Source: Pyrodictium delaneyi
Lineage (GTDB): Archaea; Thermoproteota; Thermoprotei_A; Sulfolobales; Pyrodictiaceae
NCBI RefSeq assembly: GCF_001412615.1
Contig: NZ_CP013011.1
Location: 1,410,001-1,442,000 of the forward strand
Reading direction: 5' to 3'
DNA length: 32,000 bases
Both the position numbers and the translations under genes were made by a program. Below, piece after piece: positions 17,761-25,661 of this stretch. A model generated the notes under the pieces. The model was not told the DNA's origin and did not search any database. It was given only the letters and a program-made list of their open reading frames with translations. Position 1 is the stretch's first letter, and every line of letters starts with the position of its first letter.

Positions 17761-17914
17761 ATGGTTAGCAAACACATAGCAGTTGCATTGTTAGCCCTAA
17801 CTATCTTCATGAATTTAAGTGTAGTAAATGCTTATGCTGGAGGCGATCCCAGTGGCGCCACTACCTTAAGCGAGAGTCCAGAGATCCCCATTGACTTCGT
17901 CTGGGTTCTCATTT
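17761..17914 (+). pseudogene. amt: 5' segment of amt (signal-peptide-like leader plus start of TM1), one frame off from the gene body
   Basis: The ATG at 17761 is preceded by GGGTGAG. It encodes MVSKHIAVALLALTIFMNLSVVNAYAGG...PIDFVWVLI. DFVWVLI is the usual start of Amt TM1, and it continues in the other frame as VAFLVFFMQAGFAMVEAGF. Confidence 0.6.
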
Positions 17915-19237
17915 GTAGCCTTTCTAGTATTCTTCATGCAAGCTGGTTTCGCTATGGTCGAGGCCGGCTTCACTAGACACAAAAACGCCGTAAACGTGCT
18001 GTTCAAGAATGTTGCAGACTTCGCTGTCGCGAGCATAGCATTCTTCCTCGTCGGCTACGCCTTCATGATGGGTGACGATTGGAAAGGCATCATAGGTACC
18101 AGCGGCTTCGCACTCCTAGGAGACTACTATGATGTCCAGGAGATACTGATATGGTTCTTCATGCTGGTCTTCGCTGGTACAGCAGCAACGATAGTCTCCG
18201 GCGCCATTGCCGAGAGGCCGAAGTTCATAGGCTATCTACTGGGCAGCATAGTAGTAAGCGCTATCATATATCCGATATACGGGCACTGGATCTGGGGCAG
18301 CGGATGGCTCGCCGAGCACCCATTCCTTAAGAAGCTCGCTGGGGGCTATGGTGCACTCGATTTTGCCGGCTCCGGCGCTGTCCACGCACTTGGAGGCTAC
18401 GTAGCCCTCGCTGCCCTCCTCGTGCTAGGACCCAGGATCGGCAGGTACGACGAGAAGGGCAACCCTAGGCCGATACCAGGTCACAGCATGACGCTAGCAG
18501 CTCTAGGCACATTCATACTATGGTTCTGCTGGTTCGGATTCAACGCAGGCTCAACACTCTCAGCCCACGAGCTAAGGGTATCAATCATAGCAGCTAACAC
18601 CAACCTAGCCGCTGCATCCGGCGCATTAACAGCCATGGTTATAACCTGGCTCAAGCTCGGTAAGCCGGAGCTCGGTTTAACACTCAACGGCGCGCTAGGC
18701 GGACTAGTAGCTATCACCGCGCCCTGTGCATGGGTCGCACCCTGGGCAGCCATAATCATCGGGACGGTTGCAGGGTTCATAGTGACCTACGGCTACTGGT
18801 GGCTCGAGCGCCGCGGAATAGATGATGCCGTAGGCGCCGTACCAGTGCACGGGTTCTGTGGTACCTGGGGCCTCATAGCGCTCGGCATATTCGCCGACGG
18901 CACGTACGGTGTCTACACCACTGAGCCGCCGCTGGTCACGGGCCTTCTCTACGGGAATCCCGGCTTCCTAGCAGTGCAGCTAATCTCTGCGGTCGTGAAC
19001 TTTGCGTGGGCCTTCGGCACCGGCTACATAGTGTACATGGCTATAGACAAGCTTGTGGGCGGGCTACGCGTCAGCCCGAAGGAGGAGACGATTGGCCTCG
19101 ATGTCGCCGAGCACATGGCGGTAGCATACCCCTACTTCGTGCAGACGGAAGTAACACCATCACCAACAATAATAAAAGAAGAACGACGCCAATGGATTGG
19201 ACAAATAAAATACATGATCATAAATAGTTCGGGGTGA
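17891..19237 (+). CDS. amt: ammonium transporter (Amt/MEP family), main body
   Basis: Carries FMQAGFAMVEAGFTRHKNAVNVLFKN, DFAGSGAVHALGG and VPVHGFCGTWGL (twin-His region), with multiple TM helices and an adjacent glnK. The TTG at 17891 is probably not the true start (see findings). Confidence 0.9.
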   Translation: MTSSGFSFVAFLVFFMQAGFAMVEAGFTRHKNAVNVLFKNVADFAVASIAFFLVGYAFMMGDDWKGIIGTSGFALLGDYYDVQEILIWFFMLVFAGTAATIVSGAIAERPKFIGYLLGSIVVSAIIYPIYGHWIWGSGWLAEHPFLKKLAGGYGALDFAGSGAVHALGGYVALAALLVLGPRIGRYDEKGNPRPIPGHSMTLAALGTFILWFCWFGFNAGSTLSAHELRVSIIAANTNLAAASGALTAMVITWLKLGKPELGLTLNGALGGLVAITAPCAWVAPWAAIIIGTVAGFIVTYGYWWLERRGIDDAVGAVPVHGFCGTWGLIALGIFADGTYGVYTTEPPLVTGLLYGNPGFLAVQLISAVVNFAWAFGTGYIVYMAIDKLVGGLRVSPKEETIGLDVAEHMAVAYPYFVQTEVTPSPTIIKEERRQWIGQIKYMIINSSG

Positions 19238-19244
19238 TGTATGT

Positions 19245-19589
19245 ATGCCCCTCAAGAAGATTGAGGCCGTAATCCGGCCCGAGAAGCTAAACGACGTCAA
19301 GAAAGCTCTGGATAAGATAGGTGTCGGCGGTTTAACCGTCGTACCGGTGTACGGCAGGGGCAGGCAGGGCGGAATCAAGATACTGTTCAGGGGCGGCAAG
19401 TTACAGCTAGACCTCCTACCAAAGGTGAAGATAGAGGTTGTAGTGCGCGAACGCCAGGTCGAAGACGCGGTGAAGGCTATTGTAGAAGCTGCAAAGACCG
19501 GCGAGGAGGGCGACGGCAAGATATTCATACTGCCAGTCGAAGACGCTGTCCGGATAAGGACAGGCGAAAGGGGAGAAAACGTACTCTAG
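19245..19589 (+). CDS. glnK: PII nitrogen regulatory protein
   Basis: The 114-aa sequence KKIEAVIRPEKLNDVKKAL...GRGRQGG...LLPKVKIEVVV...GDGKIFILPVEDAVRIRTGE is the canonical PII fold sequence. GGGGTGAT lies 7 nt upstream of the ATG, and the gene follows amt by 7 nt. Confidence 0.92.
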   Translation: MPLKKIEAVIRPEKLNDVKKALDKIGVGGLTVVPVYGRGRQGGIKILFRGGKLQLDLLPKVKIEVVVRERQVEDAVKAIVEAAKTGEEGDGKIFILPVEDAVRIRTGERGENVL

Positions 19590-19657
19590 CTTCTACGTGC
19601 AGGGTTAAAGAGGATTAGCGTCACACGAGTATCCCGGCGCCAGATGCATTGCCCGCG

Positions 19658-19662
19658 TTTTT
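19658..19662 (+). terminator. T5 tract after glnK (archaeal-type terminator candidate)
   Basis: CCCGCGTTTTTG lies 70 nt downstream of the glnK stop. It is followed by a GCATC-CTC-GATGC hairpin at about 19672-19684. Confidence 0.3.
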
Positions 19663-19718
19663 GATACCTATGCATCCTCGATGCTTTGTTTCTAGGAAAG
19701 CTATATGCCGCGCTAGGC

Positions 19719-19726
19719 GTATATTG
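19719..19726 (+). promoter_or_regulatory. TATA-box-like element upstream of the 594-aa membrane protein gene
   Basis: GTATATTG lies about 30-35 nt upstream of the GTG at 19755, which fits a leaderless or short-leader transcript. A second TATAT lies at 19702-19706. Confidence 0.3.
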
Positions 19727-19754
19727 AGTGCCAAGCTGCATTACCTAAATTGGT

Positions 19755-21539
19755 GTGAATGTGGAACCTGCGCCCGTATCTAGCGAGAAGCCTCCCAATA
19801 GGAGTAGCTGGAGCAGATTAATCCTAGGTGTTGTTGCTGGCTTTGTACTGGGTTCGCTTGTTTCCGGTGGATACATACTTTATCTCCATGGACTGTTTGT
19901 AGCTTTTGCGTCTACGCCGCTTCTCGTTCTCGTCCTACGTACATTGCTCACAGTAGTGGGCTTAGCGCCGCTATTTTATGGCCTAGTAAGGCTACGCTCT
20001 ATAAAAATAAGACTTGCCACGGAGAATGCGTCTAGGGAAAGTGGTCTCTGGATTCCTATCGGCTTCGGAGCTGTTGTTATTGTCTTGATCGGCGTGTATG
20101 GTATTGCCAGTAGTGCTGCCCTGCTAGTCTTCTGGCTTACTGGAGGTATTGTATCCGCTGCAATCGTCTACGAGAATTCGGGACAGAGCCGCCGTACTCT
20201 AGCCGCTTACGCAGCCATCGTTATCGCCCTCTTTGCCATGCTCGGGTTCGTGTCGCTCTACGCCCCCGTCGAGGCTAGCAAGCATATCACAGTTGAGAAG
20301 CTCAATGGACCCATCGACGTTAATGGCCTCCGTCGTTTCATACCATTGATGACAGCTTACGCGTACGCTAGTGACCGCATACAGATACCGACACACCGTA
20401 TCTACCCAGAGGACAGCTATGTCTACTATCTGGGTAACAGCAGCGTCTACAACTGGATAATAGAGCCAGAGGGCTTCTGGAACCAGCTCACTAAGAGCCC
20501 GCTAGGCGCCGTGTTCGTTTACGGCGACGAATACCCGCCACGCGTCAAGCTCGTCGCGAGGCCGCTGGAATGGGGGCTTCACAACAAGAGGTTCAGGCTA
20601 CTCTTCTTCGACACGCTCGAGCGCCGCATAGTTATGACTGCCGGGCTTCAGTACAAGCCGCTACTGGAGGATAACATAGAGGTGCTCTATAACGGGAAGA
20701 TCTACATCCTCGTGCCCCTCGTGACCTGGAAGCGGGGCCTTCTCTACAGTCTCCCAGTGCTACATGGCTATGTCATCGTGGACGAGGACGAGAACATAGA
20801 GGTGGTCACCGGCGACAGGCTAGCGAGCGATCCACGGCTCCAGGGCATGCCCCTGCTCCCAGAGGCTGTCGCCCGGGACTGGGTAGAGGCCTACCGATAC
20901 AAAGTGGGCCTAGTAGGGTTCTACCTGTACCACAACACCTACGTGATCCGCGACATCGGCACGAACCCGCAGCCCTACCTAGAGCAGAGAAGCGACGGCC
21001 AGCTGTACTGGGTATTTGTCGCGGAGCCGCCAGGGGAGACCTATAGCGCCAAGTACATCATATACGTTGAGACAAGCAGCACCTCAACGCCGAGGCTGCT
21101 CTTCTACGAGCTACCCGAGCCCGCGATAGGAATAAGCAAAGTGGAGAGCTACGTAAAGCAGGCCCACCCAACCTACGACTGGGGCGAGCTCAGCATAGAG
21201 GAACCCATGCCTACGCTGCTTAACGGGACACTCTACTGGAAGGCCACAGTCACGACCAAGGACTACCGGGGCCTAGTCTCGGTGGATATCGTTAACGCTG
21301 CCAGCGGCGAGGTGATTTCGCTACAGCCACGGCGCAAGGTGACGTACCTCGACGTCCTCCACGCCCTCTGGAGCCGCGAGGCCGTCGAGAAGCCCACCAC
21401 CGGAGGCCTAGAGGAGAGGATAGCAGCGCTCGAACGCCGTGTAGCAGAGACGATAAAGGCCCTCGAGGAGATACAGCGCGAGCTACAAGAGCTACGACGC
21501 CTAGTAGCAAACAGTACCACCGGAGGCCAAGAGGGCTAG
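19755..21539 (+). CDS. membrane protein of unknown function: N-terminal polytopic region, large soluble domain, C-terminal coiled coil
   Basis: 594-aa ORF with about five hydrophobic helices in the first ~190 aa. The C-terminus has a heptad-like LEERIAALERRVAETIKALEEIQRELQELRRLV. I recognise no catalytic motif. Confidence 0.6.
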   Translation: MNVEPAPVSSEKPPNRSSWSRLILGVVAGFVLGSLVSGGYILYLHGLFVAFASTPLLVLVLRTLLTVVGLAPLFYGLVRLRSIKIRLATENASRESGLWIPIGFGAVVIVLIGVYGIASSAALLVFWLTGGIVSAAIVYENSGQSRRTLAAYAAIVIALFAMLGFVSLYAPVEASKHITVEKLNGPIDVNGLRRFIPLMTAYAYASDRIQIPTHRIYPEDSYVYYLGNSSVYNWIIEPEGFWNQLTKSPLGAVFVYGDEYPPRVKLVARPLEWGLHNKRFRLLFFDTLERRIVMTAGLQYKPLLEDNIEVLYNGKIYILVPLVTWKRGLLYSLPVLHGYVIVDEDENIEVVTGDRLASDPRLQGMPLLPEAVARDWVEAYRYKVGLVGFYLYHNTYVIRDIGTNPQPYLEQRSDGQLYWVFVAEPPGETYSAKYIIYVETSSTSTPRLLFYELPEPAIGISKVESYVKQAHPTYDWGELSIEEPMPTLLNGTLYWKATVTTKDYRGLVSVDIVNAASGEVISLQPRRKVTYLDVLHALWSREAVEKPTTGGLEERIAALERRVAETIKALEEIQRELQELRRLVANSTTGGQEG

Positions 21540-21776
21540 GCCGCTTTACACCACTTTCCTATCCCCTATTCACCAGCTACACAGAGCTTCCATGAAACTG
21601 ACTCGTCTCCAGAGACTCGGAAAGTCCCCCTGGCAGTAGCATCTAGTCCATATTGTACGTGCCACTGCTTTCAACCCATCTAGAAGCCCTGACATTGTCC
21701 GGGCCGAGTAGGAGCTACGGATGAGGCTAAGTAGCATCCTGCCTGGGGACCTCTTAATCGGGGAGGCGTTGCTAGC

Positions 21777-22769
21777 TTGTACCGTGTGCTGGGGAAGACT
21801 GGGCTTCGTGTCTCGAGTGCTGGGGTGGGCCTCTGGCAGGCCGGCTCCCGGCTATGGGGGACGCGTGGAGAGCAGTTACGAGAGGTCAGGGAGGCCATAC
21901 TGCATGCTTTGGAGCTCGGGGTTAACCTGTTTGATACCGCTGAACTCTACGGCGGTGGGGCCTCGGAGCGCCTGCTGGGCGAGGCGTTGCACGAGGCAGG
22001 CGAGGACGCGGTCGTGACTACGAAGGTGGCCGGGTTCCGCACAACCGTGGACTCTATAATGAAGGCTGCCGAGGCTAGCCGGAGGAGGCTAGGCCGGGCG
22101 CCGGACATACTCCTGCATCACTGGCCACCGCCGTTCTACGTGGATATCTGCCGGGTGGTACGGGGCCTAGAGGAGGCGGTGGAGAGGGGCCTAGCCGGGT
22201 ACATAGGGGTCTCTAATTACCCTCAACCGCTCCTAGCCAGGGCCATGGAGTGTACGAGGCGCTACGAGATAGCAGTGAACCAGGTACACTATAGCCTCGG
22301 GTACAGGGTCGTCGAGAACAGGCTTAAGCCCTTCATGGACCGGCATGGTGTAGCGCTGCAGGCGTGGAGCCCGCTCGACAAGGGTGCTCTCGCCGGCAAG
22401 ACCAGGGCCGACAACCTGGCTCGGCGCCTCGACCCCGTCTTCCGGGCTGTCGCCCGCGATGAGGAGCTGCAGCGGGTTCTCGGGGAGGCTGCGGAGAGGC
22501 TAGGAGTCTCCAAGGCGGTAGTAGCGGTGGCGTGGCTAACGGCTAAGGGGGCTTTTCCCCTCGTGGGCGTCAGGCGGAGGAGCCATGCCGAAGCCGTGGC
22601 CGAGGCCGCGCGGCTAGAGCTGCCGAGCAGCATCGTCGAGGCGCTGGACCGGGCTAGCGAGCACTACCGTACACGCTGGGGTACATGCTACAATGAGCTA
22701 GGCTGGAGCCGTGTTGTGCCCGGTCCGCTGCAGGCACTGCTGTTCCGCTACCTGTTGCGGGGTATATAG
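21777..22769 (+). CDS. aldo/keto reductase family oxidoreductase
   Basis: The N-terminus is YRVLGKTGLRVSSAGVGLW...ELGVNLFDTAELYGGGASERLLGEAL. It has a TTG start with GGGGAGG about 10 nt upstream. Confidence 0.85.
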   Translation: MYRVLGKTGLRVSSAGVGLWQAGSRLWGTRGEQLREVREAILHALELGVNLFDTAELYGGGASERLLGEALHEAGEDAVVTTKVAGFRTTVDSIMKAAEASRRRLGRAPDILLHHWPPPFYVDICRVVRGLEEAVERGLAGYIGVSNYPQPLLARAMECTRRYEIAVNQVHYSLGYRVVENRLKPFMDRHGVALQAWSPLDKGALAGKTRADNLARRLDPVFRAVARDEELQRVLGEAAERLGVSKAVVAVAWLTAKGAFPLVGVRRRSHAEAVAEAARLELPSSIVEALDRASEHYRTRWGTCYNELGWSRVVPGPLQALLFRYLLRGI

Positions 22770-22940
22770 CGGGGCTCGGCTCCCCGCTTCCGGTCACCGC
22801 CCCTCCTGGGGGCTCCCTCCTTCCAAGCCTCGCCATAGCCCCAGGGGACCACCCACGTCAGGGTCGTATTCTATTTCTTACAATTCTACATCTGGCCGGC
22901 GGCGTGTCTACTCCATGCGGAAGAGGGTTCTGGCATGTCC

Positions 22941-24845
22941 CTACTCTTCCTTTGGCGCTATCCGCTTCTCAGCTTCCTTCAGCGCCTTCTCGGCGTCTCC
23001 TACCGCCCAGCCTAGGCCTAGCTTCTCGAGCGTCTCGGGGAGAGGTATGCCATAGGTTGTGTGGTAGCCGCGCTGGCGGTAGTACTCCCTTATCGCCTCT
23101 TCTAGGTCGCGCCAGTCCTGGGCCGCCTTCTCGCCCTTCATTGGGCCCTCGGGGACTGGCTCCATCCACCGCTTTGGCGCCGTGTCGCCCTCGGGGACCC
23201 TGCCGGCTAGCGCCGCGTGTATCCTTGCGAGGGCTTCGGCCCTCCAGCCGACCAGCACGAGCTCCTCCGGCGTGGTCTCGAAGCCTGTGACTGCGCTGTA
23301 TAGCTTGGCGACCTCTTCGCGGGTGTATGGGAGGAAGCTGCACAGCCCCATGCTATCCAGCAGTACCTTCCAGTCCCTGTCAGCTATCAGGCTTTTCACC
23401 ATCTCGGCTGCTGGGCCGCGGCTCGGCGGCTGGTGGGGCCTCGGCCAGCCCCGGAGATGACTAGCACCCACGTCGGCTGTGGCGTAGCTCACTACTAGGC
23501 CGCGGCGGCCACGCGGGTCCCAGGCCGCTGCCTCGAGACCCTTCACGTGGACTGCCCGGTCGGAGCCGCGGCCGAGGATGCGGGAGGCCTTCTCCACGCC
23601 CTCGGCTAGCACCGCGCCTATTCCACGGCGCTCCGCGACTAGCCGGGCTAGCTCTCGTACCGCCTCCGGGCTGCCGAACCTGGGCTCGTTCTCCATGCCT
23701 GTTAGCTCGCCCCTCTGCACTAGGCCCTCCTCGTAGAGCTCCATGAGCCAGGACGCTGCCTCGCCGAAGCTTATACTGTCTAGGCCCAGGTTGTTGACCA
23801 GCCACTCCGTGTAGAGCACCTCGTCTACGTCGAGGACGCCGGGTGCTAGGCCGAGCATAGCGAGGTTCTCGTACTCGGGCTTAACCACTATGTGCTCGAG
23901 CCCTTTCTTCTTGGGCGCGGCGAGCTTGCTGCACTTTATCGGGCAGCCCCAGCCCCAGAGGACGCCGGCATACTTCTTGTAGACGCTGCGTGGCGTCTCG
24001 CGCTCGAGTACTGTATCGCCGCCTAGCTTCTTGGCCTCCTCTGGGGGAAGCCAGGGCCTCTTCCAGTGCCAGCCCGGACACATGCTTAGCCTGCTACAGA
24101 CGGAGACGCCGTCATTCGTGCCGTAGCGGGCCCAGCTCCGGGTAGGCTCGTCGTCCCGTATGCGCTTGTAGACCTCGAGGTAGAGCCGCCTCCACTCGCC
24201 TGGCCGGGCCCTCTCGGGGACGCGGTTGCCCCAGACAGCTACCGCCTTCAGCCCCATCGAGCCCATGACCGCGCCGAGGCCGCAGCGGCCCGCAGCCCGG
24301 AACCCGTCAACCATTATGTTGGCGTAGCGTACAAGCCGCTCCCCAGCAGGGCCTATCGCCGCTACGCTGGCACCCTGTCTGGTTTCTCTCCGAATAGCTT
24401 CCACGACTTCTACCGCGCCGCTGCCCCATAGGTGCCGGGCTGGCCTCACCTCGACCTCGCCGTTCTCCACATAGATGTAGACGGGCTCGTCGGAGCTGCC
24501 GCTGATCACGAGGGCGTCGAAGCCAGCTAGGCGGAGTTTGCCTGCGAACACCTGGCCAGCGTAGGTGTCGCAGAGGATGCTCGTCAAAGGACTCTTAGCC
24601 AGGAATCCTGTCTTGGAGGCTCCCGGGGCGTGAGCTGCCAGCGCTCCCGCCGCGATGATTAGCTTGTTCTCGCGGGGGTCGAGCGGCTCAGCGCTTGGCG
24701 CTATAAGCTGGTAGCCGAGTAGGTAGAGCAGCCCCTTACCGCCCAGGAAGAGCCTAGCGGTATCCTGGTCTAGCTCCTTGACGCTGACCCGGCCCGAGGA
24801 GAGGTCGATGAACGCTATCCGGCCAGCATATCCTGGGACACTCAG
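22941..24845 (-). CDS. aor: aldehyde:ferredoxin oxidoreductase family (tungstopterin) enzyme; probable CTG start
   Basis: The track ORF starts at an internal TTG (24587). The frame is open upstream to 24872 and encodes SVPGYAGRIAFIDLSSGRVSVKELDQDTARLFLGGKGLLYLL...NKLIIAAGALAAHAPGASKTGFLAKSPL, the AOR N-terminal domain. AOR blocks IGPAGERLVRYANIMVDGFRAAGRCGLGAVMGS, GCPIKC, KPEYEN and DSMGLCSF are present. In-frame CTGs lie at 24845 and 24866, with no canonical start. Confidence 0.88.
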   Translation of the reverse strand: MSVPGYAGRIAFIDLSSGRVSVKELDQDTARLFLGGKGLLYLLGYQLIAPSAEPLDPRENKLIIAAGALAAHAPGASKTGFLAKSPLTSILCDTYAGQVFAGKLRLAGFDALVISGSSDEPVYIYVENGEVEVRPARHLWGSGAVEVVEAIRRETRQGASVAAIGPAGERLVRYANIMVDGFRAAGRCGLGAVMGSMGLKAVAVWGNRVPERARPGEWRRLYLEVYKRIRDDEPTRSWARYGTNDGVSVCSRLSMCPGWHWKRPWLPPEEAKKLGGDTVLERETPRSVYKKYAGVLWGWGCPIKCSKLAAPKKKGLEHIVVKPEYENLAMLGLAPGVLDVDEVLYTEWLVNNLGLDSISFGEAASWLMELYEEGLVQRGELTGMENEPRFGSPEAVRELARLVAERRGIGAVLAEGVEKASRILGRGSDRAVHVKGLEAAAWDPRGRRGLVVSYATADVGASHLRGWPRPHQPPSRGPAAEMVKSLIADRDWKVLLDSMGLCSFLPYTREEVAKLYSAVTGFETTPEELVLVGWRAEALARIHAALAGRVPEGDTAPKRWMEPVPEGPMKGEKAAQDWRDLEEAIREYYRQRGYHTTYGIPLPETLEKLGLGWAVGDAEKALKEAEKRIAPKEE

Positions 24846-24938
24846 GGCGGAGCACCCGCGAAGCAGGGAGAACTAGGCGGGAGGGGCTTCAAAACGTGAT
24901 AGGTGCTACTACCTCTAGGGGTACGCCCCGTAACGGGG

Positions 24939-25634
24939 CTACATGAGTCTGATTCCCAGCATCTTCTCTAGAAGCTTCACTATGTCGTCTCTTGCAAGCT
25001 TCTCCCGTAGAGGCGATTCTACCTTCTCGCCGCGCTGCGCCCGCTCGCCACGCTCCCTGAACGATGGAACCACCTTTTCCAGCTCATCCCTGGTAAGCAC
25101 ACCCTCGTACTTCTCCTGGTACACCGTCTTACCGCCGACCACGTAGGCTAGCAGAGTAGTGGGCGACGCTAGGACGCGGTGCTCCCGGAAGCTCGCGGAG
25201 GCAGCCGGAGACGAGCAGCGGTGTGTAAACCAGTCGCAGAGCACTATTACGAAGTGGTAGCCCTCCAGCTCCCTGCCCACAGTCTCGACGAACGGGTGCC
25301 AGTACTCGTCGTAGCTCCTACACGCCTTACACCTGGTATTGCCGAAGTAGACTACGTAGACGCCGTCCCCTAGCTCGCCAAGCTGGAAAGCTCCACCCTC
25401 CACCCGGTAGAGCCGCCACACGCCACGCTCTCGATCGTAGACGTAGATCCCGTTCCGGCTCCCCGCGCCAACCCTCTTAACTACGACCTCTCCTGAGCCT
25501 CCCTTACTTTTCCTCATTAGCTCGCGAGCCTTCTTCTCCAGCAGTTTCTCGAGTTCCTCGTCCCTCAGCTCCACGCCGCGGGCACCCGTTGTACCCTGGG
25601 AGCTAGAGGCGGGTACTAGTAAGCACTTGCCCAT
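24939..25634 (-). CDS. thioredoxin-fold-like protein with a CxxC motif, function unknown
   Basis: VVYFGNTRCKACRSYDEYWHPFV (CKAC after a beta-strand-like VVYF) suggests a thioredoxin-like redox motif. The termini are charged and helical. The start is uncertain. Confidence 0.5.
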   Translation of the reverse strand: MGKCLLVPASSSQGTTGARGVELRDEELEKLLEKKARELMRKSKGGSGEVVVKRVGAGSRNGIYVYDRERGVWRLYRVEGGAFQLGELGDGVYVVYFGNTRCKACRSYDEYWHPFVETVGRELEGYHFVIVLCDWFTHRCSSPAASASFREHRVLASPTTLLAYVVGGKTVYQEKYEGVLTRDELEKVVPSFRERGERAQRGEKVESPLREKLARDDIVKLLEKMLGIRLM

Positions 25635-25661
25635 ATGCCGGAAGGCTGCCCAAGGAAGGCC

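Noticed and set aside
19160-19528. 122-aa ORF antisense to glnK and the amt 3' end
   Set aside because: It is antisense to the canonical PII gene, so it is a shadow ORF.
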